DNA of 64,000 nucleotides from Candidatus Multivorans sp. (lineage in GTDB: Bacteria; Acidobacteriota; Thermoanaerobaculia; Multivoradales; Multivoraceae): positions 3,424,001 to 3,488,000 of the forward strand of contig OZ251997.1 in the NCBI GenBank assembly GCA_965247095.1. The letters are read 5' to 3'. Both the position numbers and the translations under genes were made by a program. This document shows positions 46,489 to 55,368 of the stretch, piece by piece. Under the pieces are notes generated by a model. It ran no database searches, was not told where the DNA came from, and saw nothing but the letters and a program-made list of their open reading frames with translations. How positions within the stretch are numbered: the stretch's first letter is position 1; every line of letters begins with the position of its first letter.

Positions 46489-47444
46489 GGCTCTTCGCCT
46501 CCGGTCAGAGCCTGAAGTCCCGCTCGCCATGGCCCGCGGGGGGGCCAGACCTGCGTGAACGGCCTCCCCCCAATGAGGCTGTCGCAGACCGGACCCAGAA
46601 AGGTCCGCAACTCCTCGCCAGCGTCAACGAGGTGAGCCGGCCCATCGGCCTTTGGCCCTATCCGCCTCCGCAGCACCTGCCACCTCTGGTCTCGCTCGGT
46701 GTCCTCGTAGTACTCAGGCAGCAGAGCCACCGGCCTCTCACTGGCGAACGATGTTCGCCGGCGCCGGAAGGTCTCCTCAACCGCGGTTCGCACCGTCTCG
46801 CCGTCGAACGCGAAGAGGCGAGCGAGACAGGCGATGTCCCAGAGATCCTTCACGCGGGTGTTCGTCGTACCGAGGCGCACCATCGCGTCGAGCTTCTCGG
46901 CCAGAAGAGTCTCCCGCGGGTAGGTCCAGAGGCGCGGGGCGGGCAGGTCGAGAAGGGTGGGATAGTCCCGCTCCTGACGCTCGGGCGTGATGACGTCACC
47001 AAAGCCGATGTCCGCCTGGAGGTGGAGTCGCGCCTGGCCGAGCCCGCCCTCCATCCGCACGCGCACACCGCCGTGGGGCTGGTCGTCACGGATGTCGTGC
47101 ATACGGATCGTCGCCGGGTCGAAGACGACGCCGTCCTGGGGGCATGGCGCTGCGCAGATCGCTTCAAAGGAGGTCCGCAAGGCCGCATGGTCTTCGGGCC
47201 CGGACGAGAGAAAGTCGATGTCCCGGGTGGGTCGCAGTTCCTGTCCGGTCCATACCCGGAAGAGAGCCGCCCCCTTCAGGGTGAATCGATCCACCTCATG
47301 GGAGGTGGCGAGGCGGTACAGGAAGCGCTCCATCGCGTAGCGCTGGAGCAGGAGATTGAAGCGAGTCCCCTGGCGGTGGGCAAGGTTCAGCAGGCGCTGG
47401 TGAATGGATGCGGGAACGTTGCGGATCTCCCTCTTGCGGGTCAT
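46485..47444 (-). CDS. abiEii: AbiEii/AbiGii nucleotidyltransferase toxin
   Basis: ASIHQRLLNLA...YAMERFLYRL...FTLKGAALF...RPTRDIDF...AEKLDAM...NTRVKDLWD. Confidence 0.9.
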   Translation of the reverse strand: MTRKREIRNVPASIHQRLLNLAHRQGTRFNLLLQRYAMERFLYRLATSHEVDRFTLKGAALFRVWTGQELRPTRDIDFLSSGPEDHAALRTSFEAICAAPCPQDGVVFDPATIRMHDIRDDQPHGGVRVRMEGGLGQARLHLQADIGFGDVITPERQERDYPTLLDLPAPRLWTYPRETLLAEKLDAMVRLGTTNTRVKDLWDIACLARLFAFDGETVRTAVEETFRRRRTSFASERPVALLPEYYEDTERDQRWQVLRRRIGPKADGPAHLVDAGEELRTFLGPVCDSLIGGRPFTQVWPPRGPWRAGLQALTGGEEP

Positions 47445-48097
47445 GCCGACAGAGCCTCCAGCACCGGACCGACCAGCGACTTGGCGCGGCAGACCTCCGC
47501 AGCCCGCCAGATCTCGTCGGCGGTTGCCTTGCGGTCGCCCAGGGCGTCGCGAAGTGCCTCCAGCGCCACGTCTTTCCCGACTAGCCTGCGGAAGCGAAAG
47601 CAGTCCACGACCGTTCGGGCCGGGCTCGTGATGCGCGTCGGAACCCCCTCGAAGGTTGCCCTCACGACCCCGTAGTGGAGCGAAGCGCCGGAGAAGCGAA
47701 CGATCTTGACCGGTAGCTCGCCAAGTTGAGGGGCTCTGGCCTTGTGCGGAATGGCGATCCACTCCTGCCACGGGAGCTGGGTCCCAAGGCCGTGGACGCT
47801 GAGCGCGGACAGCAGGCAGACAATGGCGCCCGGGACCCGCGCGCAAACTGCGGCCAGGGTGTAGTGCTCGGTGGGTTCCATGTCGGCGAGCCGGTAGAGA
47901 CCACGGGCAACTCTCTCGACCGAACCGGCATCCACGAGTTGCCGCAGTTGGCGGGAGTGGACGCCCAGTTGGGCTGCATCGCGCTGGCGGAAGAAGCCCC
48001 TGGCGCCGAGGCTCTGCCGGGCGGTGCCGCTCAGCCGGGTACGCCGGTCGGAAGTGTCGGCAACTGTGGATAGTTGCCTGCTGTTCTCAACGGCCAT
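47441..48097 (-). CDS. abiEi: AbiEi type IV antitoxin / transcriptional regulator
   Basis: VERVARGLYRL, VCLLSALSVHGL, ITSPARTVVDCFRFR...ALEALR. Confidence 0.9.
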   Translation of the reverse strand: MAVENSRQLSTVADTSDRRTRLSGTARQSLGARGFFRQRDAAQLGVHSRQLRQLVDAGSVERVARGLYRLADMEPTEHYTLAAVCARVPGAIVCLLSALSVHGLGTQLPWQEWIAIPHKARAPQLGELPVKIVRFSGASLHYGVVRATFEGVPTRITSPARTVVDCFRFRRLVGKDVALEALRDALGDRKATADEIWRAAEVCRAKSLVGPVLEALSA

Positions 48098-48163
48098 GCC
48101 GAGAGCCTAGGCCGCCGTGCTCCAGCGTGTCAAGTTGTCGGCAGATATCCGTGAGTGCCGACA
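48055..48163 (-). promoter_or_regulatory. Putative abiE promoter and operator inverted repeats
   Basis: Minus-strand TTGACA (48133-48128), 18 nt, TAGGCT (48109-48104). Perfect IR TGTCGGCA-N12-TGCCGACA at 48136-48163 and a degenerate copy TGTCGGCA-N12-TGCC at 48055-48078. Confidence 0.6.
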
Positions 48164-48173
48164 TTTCGATGCT

Positions 48174-50288
48174 TCAGCTTGCCATCTCTTGCAACATCTC
48201 GGCGATCTCGCTCTCCACCCGCTGGATATCGGCTTCGATCTCCTCCAGCGGCCGCGGCGGACGGTACTCGTAGAAGTAGCGGTTGAAGTTGATCTCGTAG
48301 CCGACCATGCCGACCTTCCCGTCCTTGTCATCCTGGCGGTTTGTGTCGATCCAGGCGTCGGGAACGTGGGGCTTGACCTCGCGCTCGAAGAACGACTCGA
48401 CGCTCTCCGAAAGGGGCACGTTCTCGGTGTCGCGGAGGGCCGGGTCGGGCTCGGGGCGGCCTTTCCGGTCGCGGCAGATCTTCGCCTTCTCGTTGCGCTC
48501 GGAGAGGGCGGCGAGAACGGCTTTCCTGATGGGTGCGGTGAGTTTCAGATCGGCTGCTTGGATTGCCCGGTCGAGTTCGGCTTCGAAGACCGCCCTGTCC
48601 AGGAACTGCCGATCGGGCAGCGTCTCCAGCAGAGCGCGAATCGCTGACTGCTTCTGTCTTCCGGCTTGCTCGTCCTTCGCCTTGGCTTCGGGGTCCCTCT
48701 TGCGGGAAACCGCCAGGTTGGCGAAGGCGCGCTGGTTGTCCAGCAGAGGAATCCGCTCGGGGCTGGCCTGGAAGTCGAGCCGGAGCGGCCGTTCGACGGT
48801 GATTTTGCGGAAGCCGAAGTGCGTGGTCGGATAAATGCGGCTGACGACGACTTCCCGCTCCTCGCCATTCTCGACGACCGTTCGGGTGGCGCCGTCCTCG
48901 TAGTCCCGGAGCAGCCGCAGGATGTCTTCCTTCCGCTCGAACGGGATCTCGCGGCGCTTCGCGCCCAGGCTCTTGCGCAGCAGCACCCAGAACGAGGTGG
49001 CGTCGATGAGTTGGACCTTGCCGCGGCGCTCGGAGCGCTTCCGGTTTGTCAGCACCCAGATGTAGGTGGCGATGCCCGTGTTGTAGAAGAGCTGCTCGGG
49101 GAGCGCGATGAGCGCCTCAAGCAGGTCGTTCTCGAGGATGAAGCGGCGGATCTCGCTCTCGCCGCTGCCGGCGTCGCCGGTGAAGAGGGGGGAGCCATTC
49201 ATGATGATCGCGATCCGCGATCCGCCCTGGTCCGGCGCCTTCGCGTGCGCCAGCATGTGGAGCAGGAACAGGAGTTGCCCGTCGCTGATCCGCGGCAGGC
49301 CCGGCGCAAAGCGGCCGGCGGCGCCCCGGTCGTGTTCGGTCCGCACCGCGTCCTGGTCGCGCTTCCAGTCCTTGCCGTAGGGCGGATTGGCGATCATGTA
49401 GTCGAAGCCGCTTCCGGCGTGCCGGTCGTTCGAGAGCGTGCTCCCGAACAGGATGTTGTTCGCGTCGCCGCCGTCCTCCGACTTCATGAAGAGGTCCGAC
49501 TTGCAGAGGGCGAAGGTCTCGGGGTTCACTTCCTGGCCGAACAGGTGGATGTCGGCGTCCGGGTTCACGGGGTCGCCCAGGTGCTTGCCGTCTCGTAGTT
49601 CGCCCTGGGTCGTGTGCTCCTTGGCGATGGTGAGCATGCCGCCGGAGCCGCAGCAAGGGTCGTAGATGCTGCGCGCAGCGCCCTCAGTCCGCAGCCCCTC
49701 TTCGTCGCCGGCGAGCATCAGGTCCACCATGAGATGGACCACGTCGCGGGGCGTGAAGTGCTCGCCGGGGTTCTCGTTCAGCGCCTCGTTGAACTTGCGG
49801 ATGAGCTCCTCGAAGATCGTGCCCATCGTGAAGTTGTCGATCTCGTCCGGGTGCAGATTGACCCTGGGGTCGCCGAACCGCTGCATGACCTGGAACAGCA
49901 GGCCCGACTCGTCGAGCTTGGAAATCGTGTTGTCGAAGTCGAACTTCTCCAGTACCTCGCGCATGTTGGGGCTGAAGCCGGCGATGTAGGCGCGCAGGTT
50001 CTTCGCGATATCGGGCGCGTCGGCGAGGAGCTTCCCGAAGTCGTACCGGGACGTGTTGTAGAACGCGTATCCGGAGGCGCGGCGGAGCAGCCGTTCGGGA
50101 TTGTCGAGCTTGCCCCGGTACTGGGCTTGGACCTCCATCACCCTCGCCTTGGTGGGCGCCAGCACGCAGTCGAGCCGGCGCAGCACGGTGAGCGGCAGGA
50201 TCACGTCCTGGTACTTGCCGCGCTTGAAGGTGTCGCGGATCAGGTCCGCGACGCCCCAAAGGAAGCTGACGATCTGGCTGTGGTTCAT
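48174..50288 (-). CDS. hsdM: Type I R-M methyltransferase subunit
   Basis: ILPLTVLRRLDCVL, GEHFTPRDVV, YDPCCGSGGML, ANPPYG, GYEINFNRYFY. Confidence 0.95.
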   Translation of the reverse strand: MNHSQIVSFLWGVADLIRDTFKRGKYQDVILPLTVLRRLDCVLAPTKARVMEVQAQYRGKLDNPERLLRRASGYAFYNTSRYDFGKLLADAPDIAKNLRAYIAGFSPNMREVLEKFDFDNTISKLDESGLLFQVMQRFGDPRVNLHPDEIDNFTMGTIFEELIRKFNEALNENPGEHFTPRDVVHLMVDLMLAGDEEGLRTEGAARSIYDPCCGSGGMLTIAKEHTTQGELRDGKHLGDPVNPDADIHLFGQEVNPETFALCKSDLFMKSEDGGDANNILFGSTLSNDRHAGSGFDYMIANPPYGKDWKRDQDAVRTEHDRGAAGRFAPGLPRISDGQLLFLLHMLAHAKAPDQGGSRIAIIMNGSPLFTGDAGSGESEIRRFILENDLLEALIALPEQLFYNTGIATYIWVLTNRKRSERRGKVQLIDATSFWVLLRKSLGAKRREIPFERKEDILRLLRDYEDGATRTVVENGEEREVVVSRIYPTTHFGFRKITVERPLRLDFQASPERIPLLDNQRAFANLAVSRKRDPEAKAKDEQAGRQKQSAIRALLETLPDRQFLDRAVFEAELDRAIQAADLKLTAPIRKAVLAALSERNEKAKICRDRKGRPEPDPALRDTENVPLSESVESFFEREVKPHVPDAWIDTNRQDDKDGKVGMVGYEINFNRYFYEYRPPRPLEEIEADIQRVESEIAEMLQEMAS

Positions 50289-50435
50289 GGTTGACGGGTC
50301 GGAATGTAGCGGATCGGCGTACGCCGGTCACTCCCGCCATTGCGCTGTACGGCCTGTCTCCGCACCAACGTCGTCGGCGGCTAGGCCGGTGTCCGTTCGA
50401 ACGGCTGCTCCTCTGCGAGCGTGCTGGCGCCGTCC

Positions 50436-50600
50436 TCAGTCAGCTTGGTAGCGCTTCCGGAGCCGCGCGAACACATCGGCCGCCGGCTGGACCTGACCAG
50501 CTTCGATCTGACGGTCGCCCAGTGCGAGTATCTTGAGCAGAGCCAGCGTTTCAGGTCGCGGCTTGGGCTCTGTCGGCTTGTGCGGTTTCGGCTTTGACAT
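50436..50600 (-). CDS. Short orphan antitoxin-like peptide (Phd/YefM-type C-terminal part)
   Basis: ETLALLKILALGDRQIEAGQVQPAADVFARLR. No N-terminal DNA-binding domain and no toxin follows. Confidence 0.55.
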   Translation of the reverse strand: MSKPKPHKPTEPKPRPETLALLKILALGDRQIEAGQVQPAADVFARLRKRYQAD

Positions 50601-50666
50601 GGTCTCCTCCTCGCGGGCCAAACATAGCCCATGCCGTGTGCGTATTGCGGGTAGGGAAGCCGGAGG

Positions 50667-50927
50667 ATGAAGAGGAAGCTGACGATCAGGGTAGACGGCG
50701 AGCTGATTCGCCGAGCCAGGCACTGCGCTCAGGCTCGCGGCGTCTCGCTGTCTTCCCTTGTAGAGACATCGCTCAGAGAGGTGGTGCGGGAAAGCGATCC
50801 CTCGTTCGCGTCCCGGTGGAGGGGCAAGTTCGAAGAGGCACGACGAGACGATGTCCGGTACAAGGCGCTCGCCCGCAAGTACCTTGACGGTGCCGGACAG
50901 GGGTGCTCGACAGAGGCTGCCGTATGA
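50667..50927 (+). CDS. Ribbon-helix-helix antitoxin-like protein (DUF6364-like)
   Basis: MKRKLTIRVDGELIRRARHCAQARGVSLSSLVETSL...YKALARKYL. Confidence 0.7.
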   Translation: MKRKLTIRVDGELIRRARHCAQARGVSLSSLVETSLREVVRESDPSFASRWRGKFEEARRDDVRYKALARKYLDGAGQGCSTEAAV

Positions 50928-50992
50928 AGCACAAGGGCTATATCGCCGCCGTCGAGTACGACGATTCGGTAGGTCGTCTACACGGCTGGGTC
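50924..50992 (+). pseudogene. N-terminal fragment of a second hicB
   Basis: MKHKGYIAAVEYDDSVGRLHGWV matches HicB at 44509 (MKYKDYVAAVEFDDSVGRLHGWV), then homology stops. Confidence 0.8.
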
Positions 50993-51175
50993 GAGATCGC
51001 AGCCGTCGTCGCCGACGATCCGGCGGATCATCGCGCCGACCGGTTCCTCGTCCACAACCGCGCTACGGAGGATGCGCCGAACGGTCTCCTCCAGAGACAG
51101 GGACTCCCGCTCCGCACGAATCTTCAGGCGACGGACGACCTCACTGTCTAGGCGACGTACACTCAGGCTTGCCAT
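50978..51175 (-). CDS. FitA-like ribbon-helix-helix antitoxin, 3' truncated
   Basis: MASLSVRRLDSEVVRRLKIRAERESLSLEETVRRIL. Runs head-on into the hicB fragment and no PIN toxin is present. Confidence 0.7.
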   Translation of the reverse strand: MASLSVRRLDSEVVRRLKIRAERESLSLEETVRRILRSAVVDEEPVGAMIRRIVGDDGCDLDPAV

Positions 51176-51252
51176 TGGCTCCGCTCCGTGGGCTTCGCGG
51201 TTCGCGACGCTAGCAGGAGGCGCCGAAGTGCTGGTAGTCAGTTGAGCACGCC

Positions 51253-52446
51253 ATGAACGACACTGCACCGGCCGCCGTCGGCTACATGACCCCGGAGCGC
51301 GAGATGCTGAGGCGAATCGCGCGCGAGTTCACGGACAAGGAGGTCCTGCCGGCGGCCAACGAGCTCGACCCGAAGAAGGAGCCGATCCCGCAGTCGCTGA
51401 TCGACCAGATGGGGGAGCTGGGCTTCTTCGGCATCACGATTCCGGAGGAGTACGGGGGTGCCGGGCTCGGCGCGTTCGAGTACTGCCTCGTGGCCGAGGA
51501 ACTGGCGCGGGGCTGGATGAGCGTGGCGAGCATCATCGCCCGGGGCAACGGGTTCTACCGCTCGATCCCGTTCGAGGGCGAAGAGCGGCGGAAGCGGATC
51601 GAGCTGATGGCGCAGGGCAAGTACCTCGGCGCGCTCGCCATGTCGGAGCCCGAGGTCGGCTCGGACATCTCGTCGATCACGTGCCGGGCGCGGGTCGAGG
51701 ACGACCACTGGGTGATCACCGGCAACAAGTACTGGTGCACCTTCGCCGACGGCGCCAACTTCATCCAGGTCATCGCGCGGACTGACAGCGATGAGTCCGG
51801 CAAGCGCCATCGCGGCCTGACCGGGATCGGGATCGAGAAGCCGCCCGGCGAGCTGCCCGAGGGCGTCACCGGCTCGCCGATCCCCAAGATCGGCTACCAC
51901 GGGTGGAAGACCTGGGAGCTGCACTTCGACAACGTGCGGGTGCCGATCACCAAGCGCCAGAAGGAGGCCAAGGGCCAGGCGTTCTACGGCATGGCGCGCG
52001 GGCTGGAGAGCGCCCGGGCTCACACCGCGGCGCGCTCGATCGGTCTCGCGCAGGGCGCGCTGGAGCAGGCGATCGCGTACTCCAAGGAACGGATTCAGTT
52101 CCGGCGGCCGATCGCCGACTTCCAGGCGATCCGCTTCAAGATCGCCAACATGGCGACCCAGGTCGAGGCGGCTCGCCAGTTGAACTACTCGGTCTGCGCC
52201 AAGATCGACACCGGGGTGTCGTGCGCCAAGGAAGCGGCGATGGTCAAGTACTACGCCTCCGAGATGTCGGAGCGGGTGGCTTCGGACGCCCTGCAGGTCC
52301 TGGCTGGCGCCGGCTACACCACGGACTACCCGGTCGAGCGCTACTGGCGCGATGCGAGACTGACCAAGATCTTCGAGGGGACGTCGGAGATCATGCTCAA
52401 GATCGTCTCCGACGCGTTGCTCGGGAAGCCGTCGAGGAGGAGTTAG
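51253..52446 (+). CDS. Acyl-CoA dehydrogenase
   Basis: IPEEYGGAG, LAMSEPEVGSD, GNKYWCT, ERIQFRRPIADFQAI, ERYWRDARLTKIFEGTSEI. Confidence 0.93.
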   Translation: MNDTAPAAVGYMTPEREMLRRIAREFTDKEVLPAANELDPKKEPIPQSLIDQMGELGFFGITIPEEYGGAGLGAFEYCLVAEELARGWMSVASIIARGNGFYRSIPFEGEERRKRIELMAQGKYLGALAMSEPEVGSDISSITCRARVEDDHWVITGNKYWCTFADGANFIQVIARTDSDESGKRHRGLTGIGIEKPPGELPEGVTGSPIPKIGYHGWKTWELHFDNVRVPITKRQKEAKGQAFYGMARGLESARAHTAARSIGLAQGALEQAIAYSKERIQFRRPIADFQAIRFKIANMATQVEAARQLNYSVCAKIDTGVSCAKEAAMVKYYASEMSERVASDALQVLAGAGYTTDYPVERYWRDARLTKIFEGTSEIMLKIVSDALLGKPSRRS

Positions 52447-52463
52447 TGACGCGGGTTCCGCCC

Positions 52464-52498
52464 CTGGGACCGCGGGCGTCTCGCCCGCATCCGGCGCC
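52464..52498. repeat. REP-like repeat, family A variant
   Basis: CTGGGACCGCGGGCGTCTCGCCCGCATCCGGCGCC. The stem shows a compensatory change (GCGGGCG-N3-CGCCCGC). Confidence 0.75.
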
Positions 52499-52519
52499 AG
52501 CAGTTGAGGAGGAAACGCC

Positions 52520-53848
52520 ATGAGACTCGCCAACCACCTCTGGAACCGCTTCGGCACCTTGGCCCTCGACGACATGCCGCGGTCCGCCCGCACCGTCGCC
52601 GGCCAGTGCGTGCTCGACTGGTACGGCTGCGCGCTGGTCGGCAGCCGCGAACCGCTGTCCGAGATCCTGCGTGCGGAACTGGGCGCCCAGGCCGGCCCGT
52701 GCTCCATTGTGGGCACGGACCTCCACTGCGCGCCGGGCGTCGCCGCGCTGCTCAATGGCACGGCCGGCCATGCGCTCGACTTCGACGACACACACAGCAT
52801 GATGGGCGGTCATCCCACGGTGCCGGTGTTCCCGGCCGCCCTGGCCCAGGCCCAGGAGATGGGGACCAGCGGCGAGCGGTTGCTTGTCGCCTTCATCGTC
52901 GGCGTCGAGGTGGAGTCGAGGATCGGCGCCCTCGTCGGGCCGGCGGCCTACGTCAAGGGCTGGCATTCGACGTCGACGATCGGGATCCACGGCGCCACTG
53001 CCGCCGCCTGCCATCTGCTGGGCGCCAGCAACGAGCAGTTCGGGCACGCGCTCGGTCTCGCCGCTTCCCAGTCGAGCGGTCTCAAGGCGAACTTCGGCAC
53101 CATGACCAAGCCGTTCCACGCCGGTCACGCCGCCGAACGCGGCCTGCTCTCGGCGCGGCTCGCGATGAGGGGCTTCACCTCGAACCCCGAGGCGGTCGAC
53201 GGCAGGCAGGGCTACGCCGATGCGGCGGGCTCGGGCAGCGAAGAAGTCAACTGGCAGCGGCTCGAGGACCAGGGCGACCGCTTCCTGATCGAGGACACGC
53301 TCTTCAAGTACCACGCCGCCTGCTACCTGACCCACGCCGCGATCGAGTCGGTGGGTTCACTGCGAGCCGAGCTGGCGTCCCGGGGCATCCGGCCGGAAGA
53401 GGTGGAGAAGGCCATCGTCAGCGTCCATCCGGGCTTGCTCGATGTCTGCGGCATCCCGGCGCCCAAGACCGGCCTGGAAGCGAAGTTCAGCCTCGTCGCC
53501 ACGACCTCCCTGGCGATGCTCGGCATCGACACGACGGACGCGGCCACGTTCGTCGACGAGGCGCTCGACAACCCGGCGTTCGCGCTCATGGTCGACAAGA
53601 TCGAGGTGCGGACCGACCGCAACCTCGGCCACACCCAGGCCCGGGTCGAACTCAGGGCGAACGGCAGCAGGCTCGAGCAGTTCCACGACACCGGCATCCC
53701 GGCCACGGACCTGGAGGCGCAGGGAGCGAAGCTGACCGCGAAGATGACGAGTTTGACGGCGCCGCTGCTCGGCAGCGAGGCGAGCGAACGGCTGCGGCAG
53801 TTGTCGCTCCACCTGGAAGCGGTGGACGACGTCCGCGAGTTGTTCTGA
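52520..53848 (+). CDS. MmgE/PrpD family protein
   Basis: AALLNGTAGHALDFDDTH, GHPTVPV, GWHSTST, NFGTMTKPFHAG, KYHAACYLTH, EAKFSL. Confidence 0.9.
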   Translation: MRLANHLWNRFGTLALDDMPRSARTVAGQCVLDWYGCALVGSREPLSEILRAELGAQAGPCSIVGTDLHCAPGVAALLNGTAGHALDFDDTHSMMGGHPTVPVFPAALAQAQEMGTSGERLLVAFIVGVEVESRIGALVGPAAYVKGWHSTSTIGIHGATAAACHLLGASNEQFGHALGLAASQSSGLKANFGTMTKPFHAGHAAERGLLSARLAMRGFTSNPEAVDGRQGYADAAGSGSEEVNWQRLEDQGDRFLIEDTLFKYHAACYLTHAAIESVGSLRAELASRGIRPEEVEKAIVSVHPGLLDVCGIPAPKTGLEAKFSLVATTSLAMLGIDTTDAATFVDEALDNPAFALMVDKIEVRTDRNLGHTQARVELRANGSRLEQFHDTGIPATDLEAQGAKLTAKMTSLTAPLLGSEASERLRQLSLHLEAVDDVRELF

Positions 53849-53858
53849 GTCGGGGCCG

Positions 53859-55361
53859 CTACCCGTCAATCCCCCCGAGGCACATGTACTTGAGCTCAAG
53901 GTAGTCGTCCAGGCCGTACTTGGAGCCTTCGCGGCCCTGGCCGGACTCCTTGACGCCGCCGAAGGGGGCCATCTCGTTGGAGATGATGCCCTCGTTGATC
54001 CCCACAATGCCGTACTCCAGGGCCTCGCTGACGCGCCAGATGCGGCCGATGTCGCGGGAGTAGAAGTAGCTGGCCAGGCCGAACTCCGTGTCGTTCGCCA
54101 TGGCGATGGCTTCTTCCTCGGTGCTGAACTTCAGCAGCGGCGCCACGGGGCCGAAGATCTCTTCGCGGAAGACGCGCATGTCGTCGGTCACGCCGGTGAG
54201 GATCGTGGGCTCCACGAAGCGCTCGCCCAGGTCTGAACGCCTGCCGCCGAGCTCGATCGTGGCGCCGCGGTCGACTGCGTCGGTGATGCGACTGGTCACC
54301 TTCTCCGCGGCCTCGGTGCTGATCAGTGGGCCCACGGTCACGCCTTCTTCGGCGCCGTCGCCCATCTTGATTCCGCGCACCGCGGCGGCGAATTTCTCGG
54401 CGAAGGCGTCGTAGATGCCTTCCTGGACCAGGATGCGGTTCGCGCAGACGCAGGTCTGGCCCGCGTTGCGGAACTTGCAGATCATCGCGCCCTCAACGGC
54501 CGCGTCCAGGTCGGCGTCGTCGAAGACGATGAAGGGCGCGTTGCCGCCCAGTTCCATGGACATGCGCTTCATCGTGCCGGCGCATTGGGCCATGAGCAGC
54601 TTGCCCACCGCGGTGGAGCCGGTGAAGGTGAGCTTGCGGACCGTGGGATTGGAGGTCAGTTCCCCGCCGATCTCGACGGTTTGGCCGCAGAGGATGTTGA
54701 TCGCTCCCGGCGGGATGCCCGCGCGCGTGGCCAGCTCGGCCAGTGCATGGGCCGACAGGGGCGTCTCGTTGGCGGGCTTGCACACCACCGTGCAGCCGGC
54801 GGCGAGGGCCGGACCGATCTTCCGCGCCAGCATGGCGTTGGGGAAGTTCCACGGGGTGATGCAGGCCACCACGCCGACCGGCTGCTTGATGCAGACGATG
54901 CGCTTGTCGTTGGACGGTCCGGGGATCGTGTCGCCGTACACCCGCTTGGCCTCTTCCGAGAACCACTCGACGTAGTTGGCGCCGTAGGCGATCTCCCCGC
55001 GGGCCTCGGCCAGGGGCTTGCCCTGCTCCGCGGTCAGAATCCGGGCCAGGTCTTCCTGGTTCTCCATCATCAGGTCGAACCAGCGCCGCAGCAGCGCGGC
55101 GCGCTCCTTGACCGTGGTGTGCCGCCAGGTCTCGAAGGCCCTCGCGGCGGCCTTGATCGCGCGACGGGTTTCGGCCGCGCCGCAACAGGCGACGTCGGCG
55201 ACGGTTTCGCCGGATGCCGGGTTCTCGACGGCGAAGGTCTCGCCCGAATCAGCGTCGACCCACTGGCCGTCGATGAACGCCTGAGACCTCAGCAGACCGG
55301 GGTCAGCCAGGGGCGGCTGGGAAGTCGAGGTGCGAGGGGCAACGGAGGTGGCAATGCTCAT
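53859..55361 (-). CDS. gabD: NAD(P)-dependent succinate-semialdehyde dehydrogenase
   Basis: ITPWNFPNAMLARK, FTGSTAVGK, SMELGGNAP, RNAGQTCVCANR, EEIFGP, GREGSKYG. Confidence 0.9.
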   Translation of the reverse strand: MSIATSVAPRTSTSQPPLADPGLLRSQAFIDGQWVDADSGETFAVENPASGETVADVACCGAAETRRAIKAAARAFETWRHTTVKERAALLRRWFDLMMENQEDLARILTAEQGKPLAEARGEIAYGANYVEWFSEEAKRVYGDTIPGPSNDKRIVCIKQPVGVVACITPWNFPNAMLARKIGPALAAGCTVVCKPANETPLSAHALAELATRAGIPPGAINILCGQTVEIGGELTSNPTVRKLTFTGSTAVGKLLMAQCAGTMKRMSMELGGNAPFIVFDDADLDAAVEGAMICKFRNAGQTCVCANRILVQEGIYDAFAEKFAAAVRGIKMGDGAEEGVTVGPLISTEAAEKVTSRITDAVDRGATIELGGRRSDLGERFVEPTILTGVTDDMRVFREEIFGPVAPLLKFSTEEEAIAMANDTEFGLASYFYSRDIGRIWRVSEALEYGIVGINEGIISNEMAPFGGVKESGQGREGSKYGLDDYLELKYMCLGGIDG

Positions 55362-55368
55362 GGAACGA

